This document shows positions 1 through 12,600 of a stretch of DNA of 64,000 nucleotides, one piece after another. How positions within the stretch are numbered: the first letter of the stretch is position 1; each line of letters starts with the position of its first letter. The stretch lies in NCBI GenBank assembly GCA_002269645.1, contig NIVC01001435.1:124001-188000 (forward strand), read 5' to 3'. The notes beneath the pieces were generated by a model that saw nothing but the letters and a program-made list of their open reading frames with translations, had not been told where the DNA came from and made no database searches. A program made the position numbers and the translations under genes. Origin of the DNA: Macrostomum lignano. Taxonomy: Eukaryota.

Positions 1-125
1 GGGGGGGGGGTCAGCCCTCATAAGCAAGAGTCGGACAACTTCGAGCGCAAGCCCCAAATTAGCGTGACGGAATCAAACTCAGGGTAAGAGTCAGACGTGT
101 CACCACTGAGCTGCTCGGCTCCAGA
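1..125 (-). mobile_element. Fragment of tRNA-derived SINE family 2 (head region, truncated by window edge)
   Basis: Reverse complement shows an A-box-like AGCTCAGTGG and a B-box-like GAGTTTGATTCC. Bases 1-20 match the family-2 body motif catgagggccagccccc seen near 39935. Confidence 0.45.
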
Positions 126-430
126 AATATTAGAATCGAAAGTAAACAGTCAACTCACTTGTTAGTGAAAAAGCATGTACGATAACTGGGCGCAACTTTT
201 GAAATCACCTGGCCGTTTCCACGGGTAATGCACATGCGCAAGTCGCTATTGGCTGAGAGCGGTCACGCGACAACTCGTCGCCAACGGGGGGACAGGGGGG
301 ACATGTCCCCCCCCCCAGTAAAAGATCTGAGGGGGACATGCCAATGCTTTGTCCCCCCCACCCCACCTTGTGACCCGTTATGGAAATCAATAATTTTGCA
401 GCTGGGCGACAAAACATAGCGCCTGCGGCG

Positions 431-1730
431 CTAAAATGAGCATGCCTGCGGCGCCAAAATGAGTGCCTGCGGCGCCAAAATGAGTGCCTGCGGCGCCAAA
501 ATGAGTGCCTGCGGTGCCAAAATGAGTGCCTGCGGCGCCAAAATGAGTGCCTGCGGTGCCAAAATGAGTGCCTGCGGCGCCAAAATGAGTGCCTGCGGCG
601 CCAAAATGAGTGCCTGCGGTGCCAAAATGAGTGCCTGCGGCGCCAAAATGAGTGCCTGCGGCGCCAAAATGAGTGTCTGCGGTGCCAAAATGAGTGCCTG
701 CGGTGCCAAAATGAGTGCCTGCGGCGCTAAAATGAGTGCCCGCGGCGCTAAAATGAGTGCCTGCGGTGCTAAAATGAGTGCTTGCAGAGCCAAAATGAGT
801 GCCTGCGGTGCCAAAATGAGTGCCTGCGGCGCTAAAATGAGTGCCCGCGGCGCTAAAATGAGTGCCTGCGTCGCTAAAATGAGTGCTTGCAGAGCCAAAA
901 TGAGTGCCTTTGGCGCTAAAATGAGTGCCTGCGGTGCTAAAATGAGTGCCTGCGGCGCTAAAATGAGTGCTTGCAGAGCCAAAATGAGTGCCTGCGGCGC
1001 TAAAATGAGTGCCTGCGGCGCCAAAATGAGTGCCTGCGGCGCTAAAATGAGTGCTTGCAGAGCCAAAATGAGTGCCTGCGGCGCTAAAATGAGTGCCTGC
1101 GGTGCCAAAATGAGTGCCTGCGGCGCCAAAATGAGTGCCTGCGGCGCCAAAATGAGTGTCTGCGGTGCCAAAATGAGTGCCTGCGGTGCCAAAATGAGTG
1201 CCTGCGGCGCTAAAATGAGTGCCCGCGGCGCTAAAATGAGTGCCTGCGGTGCTAAAATGAGTGCTTGCAGAGCCAAAATGAGTGCCTGCGGTGCCAAAAT
1301 GAGTGCCTGCGGCGCTAAAATGAGTGCCCGCGGCGCTAAAATGAGTGCCTGCGTCGCTAAAATGAGTGCTTGCAGAGCCAAAATGAGTGCCTTTGGCGCT
1401 AAAATGAGTGCCTGCGGTGCTAAAATGAGTGCCTGCGGCGCTAAAATGAGTGCTTGCAGAGCCAAAATGAGTGCCTGCGGCGCTAAAATGAGTGCCTGCG
1501 GCGCCAAAATGAGTGCCTGCGGCGCTAAAATGAGTGCTTGCAGAGCCAAAATGAGTGCCTGCGGCGCTAAAATGAGTGCTTGCAGTGCCAAAATGAGTGC
1601 CTGCAGAGCCAAAATGAGTGCCTGCAGAGCCAAAATGAGTGCCTGCAGAGCCAAAATGAATGCCTGCGGCGCTAAAATGAGTGCCTGCGGCGCCAAAATG
1701 AGTGCCTGCGGCGCCAAAATGAGTGCTGAC
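431..1730. repeat. 21-bp minisatellite (AAAATGAGTGCCTGCGGCGCC), about 62 copies
   Basis: Directly visible 21-nt periodicity. It explains the MSACGAK/LILAPQA ORFs. Confidence 0.97.
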
Positions 1731-2022
1731 AATAATTTACATGTAGGAAGTTAGTCATGTCATGTACGTGTATAATTGTTGGCTTTGTCCCCCCCCCCTC
1801 CACCAAAAATCCATGGCCACGCCCCTGTGACAACTGTCTTGTACAGTAGCCGACTGACGTGCGTTTGTTTCTAATGGAAACGGCTGGGTGACTTCTAAAG
1901 TTGAGCATAAAATTGAATGTCTTACAGACCATTTAAAACTTTAAAACCCTTTTTAGTAAAGTAGTCCTTGCGGGTGTAGACATTGTAACTAGAATAGCGG
2001 AGTGCTATAGATATAGATAGAA

Positions 2023-2224
2023 GCGGGTTGTAGCCTAGTGGTTAGAGAGTCGGAATCACGACTGAAAGGTCGAGGGTTCGATTCTCGACACACTCAGAAC
2101 AAGTTGTGTCCTTGAGCAAGACACTTAACTCTGCATTGCTTCAGTTCACCCAGCTGTAAAATGTGCGCCAGCATTAGCTGGGGTAATTGAGGCAGTTGTA
2201 ATCAAATTATTAATCATTATTATA
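2023..2224 (+). mobile_element. tRNA-derived CORE-type SINE family 1, internally deleted copy
   Basis: A-box TAGCCTAGTGG, B-box GGTTCGATTCT, then gtgtccttgagcaagacacttaactc...cagctgtaaaatg and an AT-rich tail. Homologous to copies at 22287, 36925 and 44410. Confidence 0.8.
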
Positions 2225-2271
2225 GATATCGAGCTTTCACTAATACAGAACAACTGTTGAATTCACTGCAG

Positions 2272-4928
2272 AGCGGGCAGTGCAGGCAGCAGCAGCAGGC
2301 CGGGTTCCGCTAGCTCCGTTCGCTCCGCTGGCTCTGCTGGCGGCGGCGGCGGCGGCGGGCAGCCCAGCCTGGACGAGCAGCGAATGCTGCGCATCGCCCG
2401 GGAGGAATTCCGTAGACGCGGCGGCTGGCTGCGCGTGTTCCCCAGCCAGCACAGCTGGGACACTTATTCTGCATTCCTGCAGCAGAGCCCGCAGCAGGGC
2501 CAGGCCAATGCAGCGCTGCACCGGATGCTCTATCCAAAGCGCTGGCCGGCCCAGGTGAAGCCTTCAACTCTTTTTATATTTAAACTGTCTGTCATTCGCG
2601 TGTTTGTCATGCATCTCTCACACTGTCTCTGCGTAACCTGTTAATTTACCCATGCATGTATCTATCGCAGTGCCGCCTGTCACTCTCCCCATATCTATCG
2701 CAGTGCCGCCTGTCACTCTCCCCATATCTATCGCAGTGCCGCCTGTCACTCTCCCCATATCTATCGCACTCACGCCTGTCACTCTCCCCATATCTATCGC
2801 AGTGCCGCCTGTCACTCTCCCCATATCTATCGCAGTGCCGCCTGTCACTCTCCCCATATCTATCGCAGTGCCGCCTGTCACTCTCCCCATATCTATCGCA
2901 CTCACGCCTGTCACTCTCCCCATATCTATCGCAGTGCCGCCTGTCACTCTCCCCATATCTATCGCACTCCCGTCTGTCACTCGACAATGGGTATCGCGCT
3001 GTGTCACTCACAGCGAATAGCTATATCAATCGAATTTTGCACCTCCCGCACTCCGCCCGCAGGCTTCCCAGGCGCAGTCGCGCGCCGGCTCCGCCTCGGC
3101 GTCGGCTGTGCCGGCCGGCAAGCTCTCCCTGCACAGCATCTCGTCGGCTTCTCTGGCCGGGGCGCTGCGGACGGCGGCCGGGCTGGCAAGCCGGCAGTAC
3201 GGCCGAATCCGCGCGGCCTATCGGACGGCGCTGCGCCGCGTTCGCCGCTACGAGAGCCGCCTCACCCGTGACGAGGCGCCGGTCATTGTCAACGCGGCCC
3301 CGGCGCCGCCAGCTTTGAGACCCTCTCGCCAGAGGACAACGACAACGACGGCGACGACGACAGAGGCGCCGGCGGTAGAGTCATCGGTGGAGGCGCTTCC
3401 GCCGCGGCCACCCGCGTCGACAGCAGCGACGGCGACCGGCGCCAACGCCAGATCGCGACCGCCGAGACCGAAGTCGTCGGTGAGGCAGCCGACGGACCCG
3501 ACCTCCCAGCAGCAGCAGCAGCGCCCGGCATCTTCAGGGGCGACGCCAGCTGCGCCGCCAGTCGACCCGGAGTCGGTGGTGTCCCGCGGCGGCGGCATGT
3601 CGCCGCTGCAGGCTCGCCAAGCATTCGCCGCCTACTTGGCTCGGATTCGCCGGCGACTGCTGGCCGATCAGGTGAGAGGCGGCATTGATGGAGAGGCTTT
3701 TTTAGCGTCTGCTGGCTGTTGGATAGAACTTCTACGGGATAGATTATTCCTGTTTGATCCGGCGGCTGTCTAATGGCCTGTGCTGTCTAATGACCTAATG
3801 AGCCTGTGCTGTCTAATGACCTAATGAGCCTGTGCTGTCTAATGACCTAATGAGCCTGTGCTGTCTAATGACCTAATTAGCCTGTGCTGTCTAATGATCT
3901 AGTAAACCTGTGCCAAAGCAGTCCAAAACGCATCCTCAATCGAGCTCCCCCACACATAGGCGGTACTGGCACACGAGACCCTCTCGCCAGAGGACGAGCG
4001 GCTGGCCAACGACCAGCTGGACCTGGTGCTCCGCTTTCTCCGCCGGGCGGACGCGGAAGGCGCCGGCAAGGCATCCGGCCTGCCAAGCCGGCGGCTCAGC
4101 CTGGCGCAGCGCCAGTCGGTGCTGGCCGGCCTGCTTGCCGATTTTGTTCGCCGCTACGCCAGGGAGACGGAGACGATGCGACAGCGCGGCGAGGACGGTA
4201 GCGGCGGTCTGCCAGCCGGCGAGTTCGCCGTGTTCGTCCGCACAGCCGAGGAGGCCCAACTCGAGGCGCTGCTCACGGCCTACACCAGAGCCAACCGCAG
4301 CGCCGGCGTCTTCATCCGAGCCTCGCCAGCGTCCTCGACCACCGCCGCCGGGCCGCCGCCCACCCGGCTGATCTCGGCGTCAGCGTCGTCAGCCGCCTCT
4401 TCGACAGGCAATTCGTCCGGCCCGTCGCCGATGTCGCTGGGCGGTGTCGGCCATCCTCGCCGGCGTCCCATCAGCGCCAGCGGCGGCCGCCAGACGCAGC
4501 CTTCAACTGGCGCGGCCCAGCCCGGTGTCAACGGAGCCAATGGCGGCGGCGGCGGCAATTTGAAATCGCTGACCACCTACGACGAGGCGGCGTTGAACGC
4601 CGCCCTGCAGCGGCTGGCCGTCCGCCAGCAGAGCCGCCAATACGCCGCCTACCGGGTCGACGCCCTGCTGAGCCGGCCGGTCAGCGCCGACCCGTCCGCT
4701 GCCGCCGCCGTCTCGACCAGCCTGAGCGACCACTATGGGCCGCAGCTGCAGGCCGGCGGCGGCTCGCGCCTCTCCGCCGCGGCCACCAAGACCGACCTGG
4801 TGGCGCAGATCCGGCAGAGCCGCGCCCTGCTGGAGGCCAGCCGCGCGAAGCACAGCGCCGCTCTGGCCGCCACCTCCGGCGTTGTGCTGCCGGCGCCGGT
4901 GCCTTCGCCGCTGCCGCCGTCCAGTTGA
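2272..4928 (+). CDS. TTLL5: Tubulin polyglutamylase TTLL5, last three exons (5' exons lie outside the window)
   Basis: Exons 2272-2554, 3063-3671 and 3960-4928 join in frame with GT-AG boundaries. Peptides RIAREEFRRRGGWLRVFP, LQARQAFAAYL, QLDLVLRFLRRA, LPSRRLSL and FVRTAEEAQLEALLTAYTRANRSAGVF match the TTLL5 C-terminal conserved blocks as I recall them. Confidence 0.9.
2655..2985. repeat. 33-bp intronic minisatellite (TATCTATCGCAGTGCCGCCTGTCACTCTCCCCA), about 10 copies
   Basis: Visible periodicity within a TTLL5 intron. Confidence 0.95.
3775..3900. repeat. 26-bp intronic tandem repeat (TGTGCTGTCTAATGACCTAATGAGCC), about 5 copies
   Basis: Visible periodicity within a TTLL5 intron. Confidence 0.9.
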
Positions 4929-5422
4929 GCTGAGCTGAGCTGAATCTCTGCTTCAATCGCCATTCACTCACGTTTGCTGCTCAAGGGGGAGAATTGGCGC
5001 AAGCGGAATCTTTCGTCAAATTCAAATTCGCACCAAAATGGGGAGGGCGCATTGTTGAACAATATTTGAACACTTTTATAAACATTCTGGAATAGCATCG
5101 CCCAGCTGTGAGGTGGGTGCTAACCGCGGCTAATTTTGCTTAACTGTCTTCGACCCTGGGATTTAAAACTAGTTCAGTTTTATTGATAAATTTATTAAGT
5201 GTGAAAATTGATGAATTCGAGGTTCTCAAGTACCCATTGGACTCGCCTACATTGAACTGGTGTGTCATATTCTGCTCAACTTTTTATGCTATTAATTTTG
5301 CTTATTATACTGTAAGAATTTCAGTTTAGTCATTCTGTCTGTAGGACAGGCACTATTGCGTAGATAAGACAGTAGCAGCTTGTGGTTGAGGTCACTGGAT
5401 CTGGCAGTTAGCAGAGCACCAT

Positions 5423-6010
5423 CTGAACTCTCCTAGTTACCCGCCTGAACTCTCCTAATTACCCGCCTGAACTCTCCTGAACTCTCCTAGTTACCCACCT
5501 GAACTATCCTAGTTACCCACCTGAACTCTCCTAGTTACCCACCTGAACTCTCCTAGTTACCCACCTGAACTCTCCTAGTTACCCACCTGAACTCTCCTAG
5601 TTACCCACCTGAACTATCCTAGTTACCCACCTGAACTCTCCTAGTTACCCACCTGAACTATCCTAGTTACCCACCTGAACTCTCCTAGTTACCCACCTGA
5701 ACTCTCCTAGTTACCCACCTGAACTCTCCTAGTTACCCACCTGAACTCTCCTAGTTACCCACCTGAACTCTCCTAGTTACCCACCTGAACTCTCCTAGTT
5801 ACCCACCTGAACTCTCCTAGTTACCCACCTGAACTCTCCTAGTTACCCACCTGAACTCTCCTAATTGCCCACCTGAACTCTCCTAGTTACCCACCTGAAC
5901 TCTCCTAATTGCCCACCTGAACTCTCCTAATTGCCCACCTGAACTCTCCTAATTGCCCACCTGAACTCTCCTAGTTACCCACCTGAACTCTCCTAGTTAC
6001 CCACCTGAAC
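5423..6010. repeat. 22-bp minisatellite (CTGAACTCTCCTAGTTACCCAC), about 27 copies
   Basis: Visible periodicity. Confidence 0.95.
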
Positions 6011-6684
6011 TTTTTTAACTACATATCTGCGATAAAATCTAATCACTGTTATCTAGTTATGCAAATTACCATTAAAATCCTTACTTAGATGCACTCTGCC
6101 AGTGAGTGGCCTCAATTGTCATTGACATTCCGAACATAATATTATTTTAGCTAAGTAGGACATTTTATAAATACTGCTAGCTTAATCTGATTTCCAATCC
6201 GTCCGATTGAAATATGAATTTTGCTCGCGGCAGAATCTCCCAGCTGTGATATTATTGTTAAATTCATTAATATTTTGTACCTTGAATAAATATTGTAGCA
6301 AATTGGAATGCTGAGTTATCGTTTTTTTCATATTTCGTCTCTAACTTTCTAGACATACCGCTGAGCAAGTAGTGAGTTAATCAACGCCTTTTGCTTCGTA
6401 TTTTATTGGTAATTGAAGAGAACATTTTATTCGTATTTAAATGTTTTTGATAGATTTTTAACTTAGTGCCTCACTGTACATTGTTTTGCTTGCTTTCAGA
6501 CTGCTGAATAAACGATTTGCATGCCGGTTCTACATAATCAGTGCGAGTACACTGGCCCTTGCTTAAGTTTAAACAGATTTTATTGGTTATTGGCAGAGCT
6601 AAAATATGCTGGATTGGACTCTATTAGTCTTTTCTCCTTTCATTAACTAGTACTCTATGTACTTTTCAGGTGTTTAACATAGAA

Positions 6685-9600
6685 ACTGAGTTTGGTCAGG
6701 TATGAAACTGAGATTATAGCTGAGTTTGGTCAGGTATGCAACTGAGATTATAGCTGAGTTTGGTCAGGTATGCAACTGAGATTATAGCTGAGTTTGGTCA
6801 GGTATGCAACTGAGATTATAGCTGAGTTTGGTCAGGTATGCAACTGAGATTATAGCTGAGTTTGGTCAGGTATGCAACTGAGATTATAGCTGAGTTTGGT
6901 CAGGTATGCAACTGAGATTATAGCTGAGTTTGGTCAGGTATGCAACTGAGATTATAGCTGAGTTTGGTCAGGTATGCAACTGAGATTATAGCTGAGTTTG
7001 GTCAGGTATGCAACTGAGATTATAGCTGAGTTTGGTCAGGTAGGCAACTGAGATTATAGCTGAGTTTGGTCAGGTATGAAACTGATATTATAGCTGAGTT
7101 TGGTCAGGTATGAAACTGAGATTATAGCTGAGTTTGGTCAGGTATGCAACTGAGATTATAGCTGAGTTTGGTCAGGTATGCAACTGAGATTATAGCTGAG
7201 TTTGGTCAGGTATGAAACTGAGATTATAGCTGAGTTTGGTCAGGTATGCAACTGAGATTATAGCTGAGTTTGGTCAGGTATGCAACTGAGATTATAGCTG
7301 AGTTTGGTCAGGTATTCAACTGAGATTATAGCTGAGTTTGGTCAGGTATGCAACTGAGATTATAGCTGAGTTTGGTCAGGTATGCAACTGAGATTATAGC
7401 TGAGTTTGGTCAGGTATGCAACTGAGATTATAGCTGAGTTTGGTCAGGTATGCAACTGAGATTATAGCTGAGTTTGGTCAGGTATGCAACTGAGATTATA
7501 GCTGAGTTTGGTCAGGTATGCAACTGAGATTATAGCTGAGTTTGGTCAGGTATGCAACTGAGATTATAGCTGAGTTTGGTCAGGTATGCAACTGAGATTA
7601 TAGCTGAGTTTGGTCAGGTATGCAACTGAGATTATAGCTGAGTTTGGTCAGGTATGCAACTGAGATTATAGCTGAGTTTGGTCAGGTATGCAACTGAGAT
7701 TATAGCTGAGTTTGGTCAGGTATGCAACTGAGATTATAGCTGAGTTTGGTCAGGTATGCAACTGAGATTATAGCTGAGTTTGGTCAGGTATGCAACTGAG
7801 ATTATAGCTGAGTTTGGTCAGGTATGCAACTGAGATTATAGCTGAGTTTGGTCAGGTATGCAACTGAGATTATAGCTGAGTTTGGTCAGGTATGCAACTG
7901 AGATTATAGCTGAGTTTGGTCAGGTATGCAACTGAGATTATAGCTGAGTTTGGTCAGGTATGCAACTGAGATTATAGCTGAGTTTGGTCAGGTATGAACT
8001 GAGATTATAGCTGAGTTTGGTCAGGTATGCAACTGAGATTATAGCTGAGTTTGGTCAGGTATGCAACTGAGATTATAGCTGAGTTTGGTCAGGTATGAAC
8101 TGAGATTATAGCTGAGTTTGGTCAGGTATGCAACTGAGATTATAGCTGAGTTTGGTCAGGTATGCAACTGAGATTATAGCTGAGTTTGGTCAGGTATGCA
8201 ACTGAGATTATAGCTGAGTTTGGTCAGGTATGCAACTGAGATTATAGCTGAGTTTGGTCAGGTATGCAACTGAGATTATAGCTGAGTTTGGTCAGGTATG
8301 CAACTGAGATTATAGCTGAGTTTGGTCAGGTATGCAACTGAGATTATAGCTGAGTTTGGTCAGGTATGCAACTGAGATTATAGCTGAGTTTGGTCAGGTA
8401 TGCAACTGAGATTATAGCTGAGTTTGGTCAGGTATGCAACTGAGATTATAGCTGAGTTTGGTCAGGTATGCAACTGAGATTATAGCTGAGTTTGGTCAGG
8501 TATGCAACTGAGATTATAGCTGAGTTTGGTCAGGTATGCAACTGAGATTATAGCTGAGTTTGGTCAGGTATGCAACTGAGATTATAGCTGAGTTTGGTCA
8601 GGTATGCAACTGAGATTATAGCTGAGTTTGGTCAGGTATGCAACTGAGATTATAGCTGAGTTTGGTCAGGTATGCAACTGAGATTATAGCTGAGTTTGGT
8701 CAGGTATGCAACTGAGATTATAGCTGAGTTTGGTCAGGTATGCAACTGAGATTATAGCTGAGTTTGGTCAGGTATGCAACTGAGATTATAGCTGAGTTTG
8801 GTCAGGTATGCAACTGAGATTATAGCTGAGTTTGGTCAGGTATGCAACTGAGATTATAGCTGAGTTTGGTCAGGTATGCAACTGAGATTATAGCTGAGTT
8901 TGGTCAGGTATGCAACTGAGATTATAGCTGAGTTTGGTCAGGTATGCAACTGAGATTATAGCTGAGTTTGGTCAGGTATGCAACTGAGATTATAGCTGAG
9001 TTTGGTCAGGTATGCAACTGAGATTATAGCTGAGTTTGGTCAGGTATGCAACTGAGATTATAGCTGAGTTTGGTCAGGTATGCAACTGAGATTATAGCTG
9101 AGTTTGGTCAGGTATGCAACTGAGATTATAGCTGAGTTTGGTCAGGTATGCAACTGAGATTATAGCTGAGTTTGGTCAGGTATGCAACTGAGATTATAGC
9201 TGAGTTTGGTCAGGTATGCAACTGAGATTATAGCTGAGTTTGGTCAGGTATGCAACTGAGATTATAGCTGAGTTTGGTCAGGTATGCAACTGAGATTATA
9301 GCTGAGTTTGGTCAGGTATGCAACTGAGATTATAGCTGAGTTTGGTCAGGTATGCAACTGAGATTATAGCTGAGTTTGGTCAGGTATGCAACTGAGATTA
9401 TAGCTGAGTTTGGTCAGGTATGCAACTGAGATTATAGCTGAGTTTGGTCAGGTATGCAACTGAGATTATAGCTGAGTTTGGTCAGGTATGCAACTGAGAT
9501 TATAGCTGAGTTTGGTCAGGTATGCAACTGAGATTATAGCTGAGTTTGGTCAGGTATGCAACTGAGATTATAGCTGAGTTTGGTCAGGTATGCAACTGAG

Positions 9601-12600
9601 ATTATAGCTGAGTTTGGTCAGGTATGCAACTGAGATTATAGCTGAGTTTGGTCAGGTATGCAACTGAGATTATAGCTGAGTTTGGTCAGGTATGCAACTG
9701 AGATTATAGCTGAGTTTGGTCAGGTATGCAACTGAGATTATAGCTGAGTTTGGTCAGGTATGCAACTGAGATTATAGCTGAGTTTGGTCAGGTATGCAAC
9801 TGAGATTATAGCTGAGTTTGGTCAGGTATGCAACTGAGATTATAGCTGAGTTTGGTCAGGTATGCAACTGAGATTATAGCTGAGTTTGGTCAGGTATGCA
9901 ACTGAGATTATAGCTGAGTTTGGTCAGGTATGCAACTGAGATTATAGCTGAGTTTGGTCAGGTATGCAACTGAGATTATAGCTGAGTTTGGTCAGGTATG
10001 CAACTGAGATTATAGCTGAGTTTGGTCAGGTATGCAACTGAGATTATAGCTGAGTTTGGTCAGGTATGCAACTGAGATTATAGCTGAGTTTGGTCAGGTA
10101 TGCAACTGAGATTATAGCTGAGTTTGGTCAGGTATGCAACTGAGATTATAGCTGAGTTTGGTCAGGTATGCAACTGAGATTATAGCTGAGTTTGGTCAGG
10201 TATGCAACTGAGATTATAGCTGAGTTTGGTCAGGTATGCAACTGAGATTATAGCTGAGTTTGGTCAGGTATGCAACTGAGATTATAGCTGAGTTTGGTCA
10301 GGTATGCAACTGAGATTATAGCTGAGTTTGGTCAGGTATGCAACTGAGATTATAGCTGAGTTTGGTCAGGTATGCAACTGAGATTATAGCTGAGTTTGGT
10401 CAGGTATGCAACTGAGATTATAGCTGAGTTTGGTCAGGTATGCAACTGAGATTATAGCTGAGTTTGGTCAGGTATGCAACTGAGATTATAGCTGAGTTTG
10501 GTCAGGTATGCAACTGAGATTATAGCTGAGTTTGGTCAGGTATGCAACTGAGATTATAGCTGAGTTTGGTCAGGTATGCAACTGAGATTATAGCTGAGTT
10601 TGGTCAGGTATGCAACTGAGATTATAGCTGAGTTTGGTCAGGTATGCAACTGAGATTATAGCTGAGTTTGGTCAGGTATGCAACTGAGATTATAGCTGAG
10701 TTTGGTCAGGTATGCAACTGAGATTATAGCTGAGTTTGGTCAGGTATGCAACTGAGATTATAGCTGAGTTTGGTCAGGTATGCAACTGAGATTATAGCTG
10801 AGTTTGGTCAGGTATGCAACTGAGATTATAGCTGAGTTTGGTCAGGTATGCAACTGAGATTATAGCTGAGTTTGGTCAGGTATGCAACTGAGATTATAGC
10901 TGAGTTTGGTCAGGTATGCAACTGAGATTATAGCTGAGTTTGGTCAGGTATGCAACTGAGATTATAGCTGAGTTTGGTCAGGTATGCAACTGAGATTATA
11001 GCTGAGTTTGGTCAGGTATGCAACTGAGATTATAGCTGAGTTTGGTCAGGTATGCAACTGAGATTATAGCTGAGTTTGGTCAGGTATGCAACTGAGATTA
11101 TAGCTGAGTTTGGTCAGGTATGCAACTGAGATTATAGCTGAGTTTGGTCAGGTATGCAACTGAGATTATAGCTGAGTTTGGTCAGGTATGCAACTGAGAT
11201 TATAGCTGAGTTTGGTCAGGTATGCAACTGAGATTATAGCTGAGTTTGGTCAGGTATGCAACTGAGATTATAGCTGAGTTTGGTCAGGTATGCAACTGAG
11301 ATTATAGCTGAGTTTGGTCAGGTATGCAACTGAGATTATAGCTGAGTTTGGTCAGGTATGCAACTGAGATTATAGCTGAGTTTGGTCAGGTATGCAACTG
11401 AGATTATAGCTGAGTTTGGTCAGGTATGCAACTGAGATTATAGCTGAGTTTGGTCAGGTATGCAACTGAGATTATAGCTGAGTTTGGTCAGGTATGCAAC
11501 TGAGATTATAGCTGAGTTTGGTCAGGTATGCAACTGAGATTATAGCTGAGTTTGGTCAGGTATGCAACTGAGATTATAGCTGAGTTTGGTCAGGTATGCA
11601 ACTGAGATTATAGCTGAGTTTGGTCAGGTATGCAACTGAGATTATAGCTGAGTTTGGTCAGGTATGCAACTGAGATTATAGCTGAGTTTGGTCAGGTATG
11701 CAACTGAGATTATAGCTGAGTTTGGTCAGGTATGCAACTGAGATTATAGCTGAGTTTGGTCAGGTATGCAACTGAGATTATAGCTGAGTTTGGTCAGGTA
11801 TGCAACTGAGATTATAGCTGAGTTTGGTCAGGTATGCAACTGAGATTATAGCTGAGTTTGGTCAGGTATGCAACTGAGATTATAGCTGAGTTTGGTCAGG
11901 TATGCAACTGAGATTATAGCTGAGTTTGGTCAGGTATGCAACTGAGATTATAGCTGAGTTTGGTCAGGTATGCAACTGAGATTATAGCTGAGTTTGGTCA
12001 GGTATGCAACTGAGATTATAGCTGAGTTTGGTCAGGTATGCAACTGAGATTATAGCTGAGTTTGGTCAGGTATGCAACTGAGATTATAGCTGAGTTTGGT
12101 CAGGTATGCAACTGAGATTATAGCTGAGTTTGGTCAGGTATGCAACTGAGATTATAGCTGAGTTTGGTCAGGTATGCAACTGAGATTATAGCTGAGTTTG
12201 GTCAGGTATGCAACTGAGATTATAGCTGAGTTTGGTCAGGTATGCAACTGAGATTATAGCTGAGTTTGGTCAGGTATGCAACTGAGATTATAGCTGAGTT
12301 TGGTCAGGTATGCAACTGAGATTATAGCTGAGTTTGGTCAGGTATGCAACTGAGATTATAGCTGAGTTTGGTCAGGTATGCAACTGAGATTATAGCTGAG
12401 TTTGGTCAGGTATGCAACTGAGATTATAGCTGAGTTTGGTCAGGTATGCAACTGAGATTATAGCTGAGTTTGGTCAGGTATGCAACTGAGATTATAGCTG
12501 AGTTTGGTCAGGTATGCAACTGAGATTATAGCTGAGTTTGGTCAGGTATGCAACTGAGATTATAGCTGAGTTTGGTCAGGTATGCAACTGAGATTATAGC

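Noticed and set aside
205-270. Promoter-like cluster (X-box-like GTTTCCACGGGTAAT, GCACATGCGCA, ATTGG)
   Set aside because: Imperfect matches, presumably inside a TTLL5 intron, with no associated start; too weak to call.
431-1754. 430-aa repeat proteins, and similar ORFs over 20270-20975, 23370-26981, 32911-34294, 35468-36123, 52736-54167 and 62164-62640
   Set aside because: They arise from stop-free tandem repeats on both strands and in several frames, mostly inside introns of identifiable genes.
2023-2100. tRNA genes at the SINE heads (also 22287, 36925, 37950)
   Set aside because: A/B boxes are present but there is no convincing cloverleaf, and each continues into a shared SINE body.
2240-4971. 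Numerous antisense or alternate-frame ORFs over GC-rich exons (also over ANKEF1, SNX13 and pol)
   Set aside because: Shadow ORFs expected from high GC3; no independent motifs.
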